IMG/VR virus record: IMGVR_UViG_3300043438_001827 | Span: 1-64,000 of that record | DNA length: 64,000 nt | Strand: one strand, 5' to 3' | Origin: a virus | Shown: positions 42,001-53,803 of the stretch, one piece after another | Position numbering within the stretch: the stretch's first letter is position 1 | Layout of the letters: each line of letters opens with the position of its first letter | Notes under the pieces: model-generated | Database searches by the model: none | Told to the model about the DNA's origin: nothing | What the model saw: the letters and a program-made list of their open reading frames with translations, nothing else | Translations under genes and position numbers: made by a program

Positions 42001-42052
42001 TATCCCTAACTTAAGCAGTGATCCATTTGACGACATTGCAGGTTCTTATTAG
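36029..42052 (+). CDS. Large acidic virion/ejection protein (2007 aa) with GGFDMDD...RQPT motif
   Basis: Intact long ORF inside the structural block, with a C-terminal hydrophobic segment (FAIAGTVAAATAGAVVY). Confidence 0.55.
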   Translation: MYKGEFFQNGILSEIILQDGTPAIRSNVTGKVYAVDKLRTAVREAAELGVAEAHVLTGSSLDPYSLHHVSQTEQLNTILARAKTEPVVQEFLEKRGLGHLSGKTISIQRLGYSNPYNIKKGKEHGFSLAFEDLHLQEEPEVIVGGQRVKLASLTAAERASPEYSTIGHATVRQGTGTVLRYQVQGDEEGVFYLTSRQAEELRVGLGGGAIDKNKLVKSIGQGLVDPDTGGISSSYAPEEEIAGLLQKINKRMQLSKREFSADPKEISNLVNDMVSLMQEGPYAHLLKDEKMVPKSLRDISLFFNDTEARLLESIKMEDGASLLKHLGREIIAADPSKERERRAIEIMVTRAGQAESDFNAETFRGIFEMNGLQPEKYGEFNNLVKSYYTGLEDKTQFNLDDLFAHISSAESTLSDGEKNIIQHAVENYKRVGDGSQVTDEYVIRNLGRQKLKDVANKKEYVRNAAESVLGEDLSEVNDIFEHLSNVGDSSTLQLINEKLAESMGIEGATVEAVRENISLIEKSVERVLGQDLEAKLLQDVTSTRFGLGEATAKSVSDIGTALTELGYGAVGSEELVKKETNFGSFRLPGEARSGEYIVMDPGGGFGGTERVAAEMQANIFHSPVYNNPELVKQVKENFGVARAQIEEMKRTGEIPEKIMASLERTANIDVSRWDELFFADSFSAQRNKAQAQEIVAHLRSGGKVNDIPGQLNDIVRAYAREAQTSARKSYKNSKGETIEIQNPNLATTQRHSVDAEGSMAMRKPVRPEANATELNPVPRLVGKNSYKDVTTNIGDNQSTVHRLLKYRHDGHKFVIPDIAGSQWMYAAGGGFDMDDKFITDLHFLNAQSLDESGNVVGKRQLISFDFRQPTGPQEFALMTPQLDDLTLQRMFGSKDKLGMGFREALDEFAEEVSTKHNIRYTTSTRNALPEMLASSSMSQEERGVLYLQAIAADNMELAALYRGANTEGYLADEVVGDAIFSLMDREATRSSSGVGASRFRVHEINDTLVDKLVTINQEGNTVLKGSTILQLTPEEIAMNPALVESYRKDLRIQIQNIGLSASEDTVFNKNIKDLINANPRDFGGKNYDQMLQAARGLTPELSENQFIYATAHEILGQDNFLAEKVLSEFGLMKQRIEINTTAVPGGKIGSYIDALGFVDSQVNQMRDIITRLEESGPQGSELAKLLKMPYPIYNPETALDTGTGGAGKLVLKYTNIAEDLQSAMQIFNPEEPVDPQSVYKMLYSLTDRYKQDLDHTDSIGAFTGLDDFVRRLTSSDQATAKAAQELINIELKNVEEAMVLNSGLAFGKARALYYHGFLGEEEVLEMGLDEIATRIKGSNTENFSLFLQGVINGAKEAKYRINELGIEALNPAGEETADKFTAFINSIIEESQQGAKLKGFKKEKAMEDAFNKVLEDAEFGLVHTDAAAERYSVSTLMRATEEFNDFITQTVNSVKPGSGLYNRLLGQSEYAAYDINVNPLMPDIEQALKSLNINGNDYDLGTANSKMNRALNELAEMKRRGYADPKRINKILEEAEINVATQELAGIHSSSMKLAFAQDAIAQRREELQTAAREVVHGSIFDFVNKADNPGNITSAMESYFLRVMQLQTSASKDDQKLGQVLDGLLVYGQDFFGQGDRLALDEMYIHARNQLTFNATAGVAEQEGRISNFISMFDHEGETLTEKLRNIFSLHGEADLLERDPYKRTYREDYLDSDFGEYSGEALPEIRSRATGETIPEFLGEDSERMFEDFVQLHISGDQENTAKLIMRKRFADDPEAAKAYIDELKMIGMRYESKSAEISPKVAEMLEQFMPDIDMTMPMTTSDILETFDRSIGTLAEDEAAAVRSALREGAETAGGATGGDIPFKGIGEMISDHFPRIGRIGNRIGEHKFAIAGTVAAATAGAVVYHKMRNRDHTPDAVTGPPLLPGGNPYDRRDTTTVQYPDFSSFQNDDDGDSYDIRVSGTDAQMKKFINQASIITDSNTNSTIYRGIPNLSSDPFDDIAGSY

Positions 42053-42062
42053 GAAATAGGTC

Positions 42063-42536
42063 ATGGAAAGAAATCTTAGCGATTCAAATGCCCGTCTAAA
42101 AAACGCTGCTAAAAACAACCCAAATTCAGCCCCTAAAGTCCAACAAGCTAGACAAACAGCAGAAACTGTTAAAGCTAACAATTCAAAGGAACCATATAGT
42201 GGAAACTCTGAAGATAGACTTACTGATAAAAAAGCTAAAGAAGCTACAACATCTTCAAGAGGACCATCTAGACCGTCTTACGAGGGTTATAGTGGTTCTT
42301 CTAGTGCTCATATCCAATTTAATAAAACAGGATATGATGCCCCAAAACACCAACAAGCTAGAAATAAAACATTATCTGGAGAAGGAAATCCTAATATTTC
42401 ATTAGCTTCTTTCAATAAAGGGACCCATTCATTTAACAAAAATGGTATAATTAACAATCACGCTAGAATATCTATGGGGGAAACTTCTAGAACTAGCATA
42501 GATAAAATTTTAAAAATTAATAATTATTTTAATTAA
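42063..42536 (+). CDS. Basic, low-complexity hypothetical protein
   Basis: 157 aa, rich in Lys/Asn/Ser. AGGA RBS. Confidence 0.5.
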   Translation: MERNLSDSNARLKNAAKNNPNSAPKVQQARQTAETVKANNSKEPYSGNSEDRLTDKKAKEATTSSRGPSRPSYEGYSGSSSAHIQFNKTGYDAPKHQQARNKTLSGEGNPNISLASFNKGTHSFNKNGIINNHARISMGETSRTSIDKILKINNYFN

Positions 42537-42546
42537 GCGGTAAACT

Positions 42547-45500
42547 ATGGCAGTAGATAAAACTATTATAAAATATCTTAAAGATAATTTTACTACTCAA
42601 GCGCATATAAATGATTATATCGACGAGCTAAGGTCAACATACCAAGACGGTTTAACCTATAAGGCTAAAAGAGTTTATGATTATTATGGCCTTTTTATAG
42701 GCGACACAAGTTACGCTGGAGACTACAAGAGCTCAAGGAATAACAGCGTATGGCAAAATAAAGTTATGCCAGTCGCATTAGAGATAATTAAACCAAAATT
42801 TTCTGATCCAGTTTGGGTTTCTCTTAGAGAAACAGCAATTGGCACTACGATTAATGCCTATACACCTGGTAGTAAAATTGTTAATATAACTACGGTAGCA
42901 ATTTTAGATTATCTAAGAGCTAACTTTGATAAGACAATAAAGAAAAATATCCAAATTGATGACCCGTCTTTAGAAAAAGCTTGGACTAAATACTACGAAG
43001 ATGATAAAACTGGGGTTAAAACAGGTAGAGATGTTACCGCTTTTGGTACTGGTAAAACTCTTTTTGGTAACTGGATTTCATTAGGAGATTTTGTAGAAGC
43101 AGTAATAAAAAGACTGCAAAGTTTTGATATTGCTACAGGAACGCTTAACGAAGCAACAACTGTTCCAAACCTCCCTCCTGAAGTAGATGCTCAGTATGGA
43201 ACTAGATTTGAAATATTAGAAGATTTTCTTCGCAAATCGTCTGGCACCACCAATGCCCATGGTACTTATGTGGCAGGTCTTTACGATACTGTATTAAGAA
43301 AGAATAATCTACGGAGTTTGGTCTCCTAGCCAACATGGTAATGATTCATTTGGCGTCTTTGAAAAAATATTAGCCCCTGCAATATCTTCAAAGCTAAATA
43401 ATTTGCAAGTTAAATATCAAAAAAATATATATGACAGATTACAAAATAGCGGTTTATTAGATCTTCTTATTTACAATGATCAGATTCGTCAGTTTGGTAG
43501 AGGAAGATTCGAAAATGAAGGATCAGTAAGAGCTAGTGGGGCAAAACTGCTAGATGGAACAAGAGATACTGCTTGGCTTCAGCAGTTATCGCTTACGATC
43601 TCGATACTTTCATCAGACCCAATAACAATGGCTACTCTTTATCAGTACTTTCCTGATCTCATTAACTTCTTCTTTGAAGCAGTAGCTATAACAGCAGACT
43701 ATTCTAATAATGGACAAGGTGGCGGTCAAGAAGACGAATTAAATAATCCACAAGCTATCCTTGATGATCTAATGAAATCTTTTGGTCACGTTAATGGAGA
43801 AAATATATTTACTGGTGCTTGGAACTTAATCAATACAGCACAAAGAATAGAAAAAGCTTTAGCAGAAACTCCGTTAAGATCAAACACACCACCAAATACT
43901 CCTGATATATTTCACTTAAGACTTGGTGCATCAAACTTCTATATCCCACCTATTAAAATAGATGTTAATACCTCATTTAAGACTTCGTCATTGGGGACTC
44001 AGGCTTTAAGACAAAAAACTACCGCAAAGTTTAACGCAGGGTATAAAGAAGTCAGTATAGGAATGAGATTATACTTTCCTAATTACGAAGAAATTTGGGG
44101 CATTTCGATAGATGACGTTTCCAAAATTACAGTAAAAGATAACTACAGCATAGACTTTAAGCCAACTGGAGATAGTGATGAAAAGATCGACAAATTTCTT
44201 TCTTCTTTGCGTGGCTTAATTGCTGCCTTTAAATATTCTCCTATTCTTCCAGTTAAAAATCATTATCTAAATTCAGTCCATGGAATAACGGGAGTTACAC
44301 TTGCTGGAATGTCAATATCTACGATTCCAAACTATCCATTTGGTCTAATGGTCGACATTGCTTTTAATAATTTTAATCATAAACCACTTTTACCAATGAT
44401 ATCTGACTTTAACCAGGCAATACACTGGGGTAAGTATAGACAATATATGGGCAAAGCTGCAGGAAAATTACATAACTATGTTAACGAAGAATTTATTAAA
44501 TATACACCAGATGAAGCTTTGGGCAGAAACAGCAACGACATAAGTGGCCGTACTCCAGCAGGACAAAGCGGATCAAATAATATTAACACACCAACTACTT
44601 CTATAGTCCCTGCTAATGGAACTACTTTAGACTTAGACCCAAGTACGATAGGGTACAAGGATGATGATGTATTTGTTACGAATGTCTATAAAGAATGGAC
44701 AGATGGCAACAATGTAGTTTTCTATACTCCAGCAGAAACTCAAACAAAAATATTTACTCCAGATATTTCTGATTTTAGAAGCGACGCAGAAAAATATGCA
44801 GCAAAAGTAACACCTCAAAATTCTGGTATTTGGGGTTCATTCTTGAGTGGATTTGGCATAAATCTTGCATCCGATTATAACCGTTCTCTTTCCGACGTAG
44901 TAACCACCTCCAAGGGCGCATATCAAGAGTTCTACATCAGGGATAAAATTTTAAGTTCAATAAATATATTAGAAGCAGGCAGAAGCTCCAAAGTATTTAC
45001 CGAAAGTGCTTACGCTACATTAGTTGAAGGGTTTATCGGCTCAAACCTTAGTGCAGGGCTAGACTCAGACAGAAAAGCTTTCTTAAGAAATATGAACGAT
45101 AATACAAACGCTTATACAGATACAGGTGATTGGAAATTAGGAATATTAAGCTTTAAAAATAAAACGCTTCTTGAAATGAAATTCATAATGAAAGCAAAAG
45201 CCACAAAAACCGATACCTATTTAGATCACTTGGTGGACGTAGAAACAGTACGTCAAGCAAGAAGTCAACATCTTGATGTCGACGATCCAAAGAATAAATC
45301 TACGATTGACTCAATAAGAGCGACGGTTAAGAGAAAATTTGGCGATGCTTTTGCTTCCACAATGTACAATAGATTCTTTGAATATGGTCCGCTAAAAGAC
45401 TTAATGGAAGCAGCTAGAGAAAGAGCTGGATCTTTCCACATTAGAGAGTGGGAAGTTCCGATGATTAAGTTGGATTTTGATCCAAAAAGCGTGATAGTGA

Positions 45501-48500
45501 CCGCTGTTTCCTTGAGCATGTCAAATACCTTTGTCCCCTTGCAACTTCAAATGCAAGATGAACCAACATACCAACACATTGGTGGTGGAGATACAAACAT
45601 TAGTATGTCAATGGTAATCTTTGGCGAAAAAGAATTAATTAAATTAAGAAAAATGTTTGACCACATTAACGGTTTGGCTAGATTAGAACACGCTACTGGC
45701 GTACTTGGATTCTTAGGTATTAAAAATATTATAACGGCATTGGCTGGTGTTAAATATGTTTTACCAATTAGATTTGATGTAAAAACAATCGAAGGATATC
45801 CTCATGTTTACAACGTTACATTGGATCTTGTTGACTTTGATATTTTTCAACAAAAGAGAGAACAACTTTCTTCTGCGCAGCAAGCAAAGTTCGTTGAAGA
45901 GTTTGGGACAAAGAAAAATCCATTTTTAAGAATTAAACAACTTTGGGGTCAGTTCAATGCTTACTCCGATTTTCCTTTGGAAATAAGAAATAAGGCTGGT
46001 GAGATAGTAGGTTCATTAGATCCAGATTTTTATTTCCGTAGTTTTGAAATGTTTGATAACGATGTTGTTAATAACATAACTATTAACCAACAAAAACTTA
46101 CTAGGTTAAACTTTAAGCACGTAAAACCAGAAGATGGATCTACTGATCAAACTGAACTAGCACGTTATGCATCCAGAATAGATACTTTTAAAACCTACAT
46201 TAGGACTAATGATGTTAGCGGTTTAAAGAGATATGTAAAAGATACTCTTAGTTTAGACCCTTCAACAACAGCGTCTTATATTAGAGATGCGCTTTCGGGG
46301 GAAGATAATCAAAATTTCTTAATTCATTATGTGGATAGTTTGGACGAAACTGAATTCCCCGTAACATCAGCAGCTGACTCTAATTTTAGAAGCACTAATG
46401 GACAACTATCAGTTGGTGACGTTGGCAGTAACAGGGAAAAAGAAAAGGCAAGTATAGAAGCTTTACTAAAGGGAAGTAGTTCTCTTCAGGGTGAGGATAT
46501 GGTCAGCTTTAACCCTGATGAACTCAGCGCTCACGCAATAATACACACTTTTCCAGCAATAGGGAACGTGGTGGATCCACACATCCCAGCTATACTGCAT
46601 ACAGCAGATGGGTATCAATTTGGTTATGTCGATAAAGATAATGGTAGATTTTATTTAACCGTAGATGGATATAACGTAACAAAAGATACCAAAAAGGTTA
46701 ACTATATTGGAGTAACAGATACCCAATCTCCAGATGTTGGAACAAACCTTCCTGAAGGAAAGAACATGACGGGCGTACCAGGAGTCCAGTCTTTGGATAA
46801 ATATCAATACTCATACACATCAGGTGATTTGAGCAAGCCTGAATCCATGAACAGGAATGGAGATTCAAAGAGCGTTGATAAGCACTGGGAAAAGATGATG
46901 ATTGATACGTCCTATAGGGATATATCAGGAAGAATGATTAGAGCTTTTCCAACCTATATGCTGTGGTTAGTTGATGAAGGTAATTTTGCTGGAACAAAAC
47001 TATTTGATAACTTTTATGGATTACAATCGATTATAGATTTTTCAATAGTTCAATCAGAAGATATACTAGGAGACACCTTAGTATTCAGACTTTCCAATAT
47101 GTATGCCAAGCTTTCCACTAGAGAAGCTAGTACGGTATTTAATGGAAACGGACAACAGAATGCTCCTCCAGGTACAGATCTATTTGGATTGACATCTGGC
47201 CTAGACTCCATTATAGATTTAACCTTAAATAGAGCAAGAAATATTCTTGGTCATATGGAAAGTCAATATATTGTTGACATAGAAAATATTAGATTAAAAC
47301 CAGGAGTAAGAGTCCACCTTAGGGGCGGGTACGGTTCAAATCCAAACTCATTACATACTTTATTCAATGGCATTATTACCAGTGTTGAACTAGGTGAAAT
47401 TGTTGTCGTCACTGCACAATCTGACGCAATTGAATTAAGTCCAATAGTTAACTCTACTAATAAAAAAGGTAGTAGCGGTAAAATAGATGGTGGAATAAAT
47501 ACTGGAATGTATTTATCAGAACCACGAGATTTAATGATTCGTTTGTTGTCAATGGGAACTTCTAAAACAAGAGAAGCTTTTGCCCTTGCTACTAGAGGTA
47601 CTATCTTTTCTGGAAATAAATTTGGAATCAAACACTTTGGAATGATACCTTATCAGCCTTTAAATGACATCGAATTAAACAAACAAAGAGGAATCAGAAA
47701 TGCAATAGCAGACACTGCGACCTCTTTAGGCAGAGGTGGGATGGGGGTTTCCGGAACAGTTTCCGCAGTGGCAGGAATGTTGAATCCAGATGGCCAAAAC
47801 CAAAGTGTGCTTGGTGCAGAAGTTAGAATTCCAGTAGTTTCCATGATGCAAACATTGTGGTCTAACTTTGCTGCTCAAAGAGATCTAGAAATTTTTAAAA
47901 GAAATATATATCCCGGTAATGGAACAGGAGTTGCCCAGTACCTTGGTGGAGACATTGGAGATGGTTGGGCTAATGTTTCTTCTTTGACGCCAGAAGATAA
48001 GCCCAATCCTAGACTAGAATATTTAAATAGGCTTACTGACTCATCTTGGAATGATTTACTCCAAAAATATGACGCTCAGGACGCAAGTGCTGCAGCCGCT
48101 TTGGACACATTAACTGGTGCAGGGGCAAGAGAAAGTGGTGGCACTGCAGCTATGATAACTGGTGGAGTATTGGCTGCTGCTGGTACAGCCCTTGCTGTAG
48201 GTACTGGTGGCTTAGCCCTTCCTATAATAGGAGTAGGAGCCGCTACATTGGGTCTAACTGGTGTTCTTGGTGGTAGAGGCGGAAAGAATATATTTAGAAC
48301 GCTGGGACTAATCAGTCCAACAGACGATGACGACATGCCTGGATTCGATGAAGTTTCGTTCAGGTGCCAAACGTACATGAAGAGTGTATGGGATATATTC
48401 CAAACATGTGCAAGAATTTTACCTAATTACATAGTAGCAGTAAGACCATTTGAAGATAGGTCTACTGTATTCTATGGTAAGCCACATTGGCTGTATACAT

Positions 48501-51500
48501 CAGGCGTAGTTCCTGTAACGACTGGTTTCCCTAGTGAAGAAAAAGCAGTAAGACTAGGTCTTAAAACCCCTTCCTATATCAACCCAGATGACGAGTTGCT
48601 AGATATTATAAATGCAGTAAATAAGCAATCTAGTTCTACTGCTGATTATCTAGCTTCACAATCTCTTCAAGAAGCTACAGTAAATCTATCCAGTGTCATT
48701 AAATCACAGAATGCTGGAACAGACGTCTATAGACCCTCAAAAGCTTTAAGGGGTGAAATAATTAACTTCGAAGACCCGAATAGAGTTAAATATTTTAATA
48801 AAGATAAAGAAGTAATTTCCGTTTTACCTATAAATAAAGGATACGCTACTGTCGGATATCACTTACCAATTGAGTCATCCGGAGAAAAGACTGATAACGA
48901 ATTATCTAATTTTGAAAATATTCACAAACAAATTGATCAGTTACCCGCTAGATTTTCTTTCCCATATTTTACGGACAGACCAGCAGGAGCGGTACTAACC
49001 GACTATGCTTTCTTTGCTGTTTCTAATCAAAGAGATAAGTTAGGGGATTTTTATAAAGACGATAAAGATTACGAAAAACTTGGCAGAGACCCAAGTTGGA
49101 ACATATTACTAGCAGCAGAAGCTGGACTTATAGGAAAAACTTTAACTGTAGATAAAGGACTAGATTACGATATAGATCTTAAATTAGATATTTCTTCTAT
49201 ATTTAGAAATGTTGATGTCGCTAGTGCCATAGGTGATAGCTTTATCTATGGTCTTGATGAACTGCAACCAGGAGCTTCCAAAACAATAATCAGAATGCCA
49301 CTACCTTCAATAAAGGGTGAGCTCAAAAAAGCTACCGACATTAACGGAAGTGGAAGTTGGGAATATAAATATTTTGATGCAGGAACAATTACTGCAAAAT
49401 CACCATTTAGTTATAGGGATTGGGGCTCTCCAAAAACAGCTGAAGATGAACAGTTTTATATTGCTATGAGATTTCCGTATAAAATTGCAGAAGATACAAA
49501 CGATCCATTATGGACAGAATTTAAAGAACAATATTTTTCTGATAAAGAAAATTCAGATTTTTATGGATCAGTTAAAGACTATAAGAATAGAAAAGTATTA
49601 ATATATAGTCCAACTACAAATCAAGCAGTTGTTTGTAAACCAGCTTATTTCCTTTGGGGTGAACTTGAAGCAGACTTATATCAACCGACAGAAGGAGCTG
49701 ACATTAATAGAACAGATACTAGTTACTTAAACTTTAAATATAATAATACTAGTATTCAAATTAGCTCCTTAATATCTCCCGACGCTGCATATTACCTTGG
49801 TGTAATGAGCTTAACGGAAGATGAAAAAAATTATTATGATAAGGGGAATGATGCAAGCGACGCTGCTAAAGTATTAGCAGAAGCTGGCGTTGCCCCTAAC
49901 CCAATACCAAGAGAATGTTACTATGCATTTGTCGATGACAATGTACCAGTTGGAGTGGTGACAACTATGACAAGTCCAGCGACACATTTTACGATAGACT
50001 CATCATCTGGTTCTAATTATTTAATTGGTTTTGGAAAATATGGTGCAGTCAATTCTACTAATACTGTTAAATATACGGCAAAAGCTCTTACCACTAATGC
50101 AAGCGCTGGGCGTATGGCACAATTGCCAGCTGGATCAAGCCAAGAGGCAATAGATCGTTGGACTAGAACAGCGGCAGCAGCGTTAGATACAAATTATATT
50201 CAATACGTACCAGACTCAAATATACAATTACTCTCTTCTGAAATGATGGCTGCCCTAGCTGCAAAAGGTGGAAATTATATTGATTACTTTAAATATGTTA
50301 ATGAAGAAAAATACGATAAGGTTTCAAGAGACGCATTATACAAGATATTAGATAAAGAGTTAACTACTACTGGTGACGTAGAAACTGGTACGGGAAGGTT
50401 TAGTTTTGCTCCAGTCTTTGATCCGGCAGATCCAAGTTCAGTTAAAGCTAGAGAGTTATTTGACGAAGATTATAGTTCTTCAATTCATGTTCTTGCGGGA
50501 AATGGAAGAACTCTTGCTCAAGCTAACGATATTTGGGATCAATTTAGATTTGCGTACCATAATTACGATTCAGTAAAACAAATATTTTTTCAAGCATTTG
50601 GAATAAACCCTGAAGGCACCGATCCTATACCTAATAATCTTTTGACTATAATTAGAGATATATACAACAATAAGGGTACAGAAGCTCAAAAAATAGAAAT
50701 ATTTAAAAAATTCAATGACACTATTCCAGGTGCAGCGGATGAATTCACCGCATTGCTTGGAGACGATTTTATCAATCAAACAGGTTCCACTAGTAAAACA
50801 AACGCAAGCCAGCTTAGTTCTGATGAGATAAAGAAAGCTATAGAATTTGCTAGAAGTAATTTTATTGATGCGCCACAATCAGAGGACGGTTTGATAAACT
50901 ATTTTAACTCAGTACTTAGAGATAAATTCATAAAAATAGGATACTACCTAAAAGGTGCTGCCAACATGATAGAGGCTTCTAGCGGCGGTAAAACTCCAAT
51001 GATATTTGACTCTAATAATAATAATGTAACAGGAAAACAATTATTCTACCTTGTAGTTGGAATATTTAGACAAGCAATGTGGCAAGAGCCTTATGCTAGA
51101 GCTTGGTTAATATTAAAGCCAAATAGAAAATATGTTGGTGACGACATGTGGGACTTTAACCCAGTCAATCCAATATTTTCAGTATTTATAGATCCAAACT
51201 TTAATGTTTCATCCGATCAAAAGAAGTTCCTAAAGATTTTGGCAGATAATAAAAGCGAAGGTAACAGCGCAGGAAATATCGGTTCCGTTATGGTTAATGG
51301 AGTAGAGGATTTCTTTAAAAATAGCATAGGACCTGTTTGGACAGCCCTGAGTGATGGCTTAAGTGGTCTATTAAATATGTTTAGAGTATCAATGATGCAA
51401 ATGGGTTACGGCCTAGAGCAAGTAGACAACTTTGCCAGACAGGCTAATGTTCTAAATAAAGCTTTAAATGATTCTATATACTATTCACTTGGCAGGGCTG

Positions 51501-53785
51501 GATCTTTATTAAGGGCAGTAGACAATCCATTTACAAGAGAGTATGGAGAGCCAGTTGTAGAGATCAGGGAACCATTTCAAAGAATGCACTACCTAAGTTC
51601 TTTTTCTCATATTCTTGCTAATAATATAATCGAAAATACTTCTGGCGTTGCCACACAGGTAACAGCAGTTTCCGATGGTAAATATCCAGTAACAGTAGCA
51701 TTGGATAAAAGTATATCTTCTGAAAGACAAGTGGAAAAAACCGTTGAAACAGATCTGTACTTTGACAATGTAATGGGTTCTGGTATTTTTGGAATAGCAC
51801 AACCTTTATTCCATCCTCTGGAATTCACTAGAGGCGTTGCTAAGTTAGCGCAAGGTGCTCCAGATGAATTAACGGCAAGAAGAGTAGCTTTATCTCATCT
51901 TAAAGATTCCCTAAAGGATATCTATGGTGGTGAATTAGTAGTAATAGGATCTCCTGACATAAGACCTCATGATATAGTTTACCTTGCAGACGTTTATGAA
52001 AGAATGTATGGCCTATTTGAAGTGGAACAAGTGGTTCATCACTTTACTGCTGATCTTGGATTCATTACCTCAATAACACCTAATGCAATGGTTTCAGTAA
52101 ATGACCCAGGAAGATGGTTCTTATCATCTTGGATGCATTCGTGGTTCTCAATTAAGAACATAAGAGATCACACTAAGATTTTGATGAACTCCGTACAAGC
52201 AGGGTCAACAGGGATTATGTCTAGCGGAAATATATCCGTTGATGGTTTATCTCAAGCTCTAAGCACTCAATTATTGGGAGGAATACAATTTACCCACGGA
52301 TCTAGTGCGTTAATGAAAGATGTTGTGTCTAATTATAGTGCAGAAGCATTATCAGATGCTCAAGCAAGTATAGAAAGTCAAGTAAAGAGTGGAGCCACTG
52401 GAGGGGTTAGCCTTTCTACTTTTGCCTTAGGTTTCGTTGGCACTGTAGCTGCTGGTGCGGCTATTGTAGGGGCTCTAGCTCCTCTTGGGGTGGTTGGACT
52501 AGGTGTAGGTGCATCATTTGGCGCTCAAGGGTTCTGGGGTGGCTGGCAGTGGGTTAGGGACAATGTTCTAGATCAACACGGTTGTTATATTCAGTACTTA
52601 AATAGAAATGGACAACCAATGGACGCTGGCCTCTCCATTAACCAAGGAATGGTAGTAGGAAAATATCATAGTAAAAAATTGCTACCAGGAATCTTAGGTG
52701 TAAGAGCCCATACTATGGTTGACGGGAATGCTTATGTAAGAAGTGATGATATATTAAAGAGTATTGGATGGAAAGAAAAGGAAATTAATGAATTAGTTAG
52801 ATACATTAGTTTAGAAAACTCTTTAGTCAATGCAGAGGTATTAAAATATTCAGGAACAGGTCCAGATAAAGCTGGTTTTACTGAGTTCTTTAAGGTTGTT
52901 TGTAGAGTAAGTAGATTTATTGATGGAGGGGAAGTAGAAGTTGTAGATATATTTAACCCAAGTGCTCAACCATTTAAGGTTAAACTAGACGGAATTATTT
53001 CTGGAAATTTAAATTCAATGAGTGGATATTTAAACAATTCTAGTCAATCAAATTATATAGATTCTACTCAAACAACTATAGTTAACACTAATTCTTCTGG
53101 TGGTCGTTCGGCAGAATATATAGCAAAACAACTAACTGGTAAGATTTTTGTAGTTAGAATAGCACCAAATGATATGTCAGCCACATCAATTTTTACTGAA
53201 GACGATTTAGATCCAGGCTCTTCCAAAAATATAAAATCCAATTATTTAACTGCAGATAAATACGGCGATGGTGAAAAAGAAAAAGCTCTTGGAACTATAT
53301 TCTATAGGATTATAGGTAATGAATTAAATAACGTAGAAGAAGACATAAGGTCTTTTTTCTACAAAAATCAAGCTAGTGGTGTAGATGAATTGAAGAATAA
53401 CTTTAAAAATACTTTATATCAAGGTTCAGTCTTTTATAAAAAGTTTAATGAATTATTTAATCAGATTAAAAATTCAAATATAACAGAGCCCAACATAGGT
53501 TCCAATACAGCAGATTCTCTTTCTTCTTTGTCTGATCAAAAGAAGCAATTGTATACAATATTTTATAATATAAGAATAGCTGAATTACTATATGAAAAAG
53601 CATCACAGTGGCCCTATACTTCTTGGGATGAATACTATGATGACGGTGGCCCAGCTACACTAAACTGGGAATTGGTTATTAATGGACTTGCGCAAGTTTC
53701 TACTACAGATCTTCTTAGAGAAAGAAAATCTGTTATAAGCCTTGAAGAGCAATTAGCTATACCGAAATACATACCTTCTAGGTAG
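42547..53785 (+). CDS. Giant baseplate hub-like multidomain protein (3745 aa), requires +1 frame change at CGG 43312
   Basis: ORF 42547-43329 fuses to 43403-53785 if C43312 is skipped. Hub-like motifs: LKPGVRVHLRGGYG..LFNGII and VIGSPDIRPHD...FEVEQVVHHF...GFITSI. Confidence 0.65.
43312..43315 (+). other. +1 frame-change site 3 (CGG-A)
   Basis: In-frame codon 256. Window is 43298-43329. Confidence 0.8.
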
Positions 53786-53803
53786 ATAAGATAGGAATTT
53801 TTT

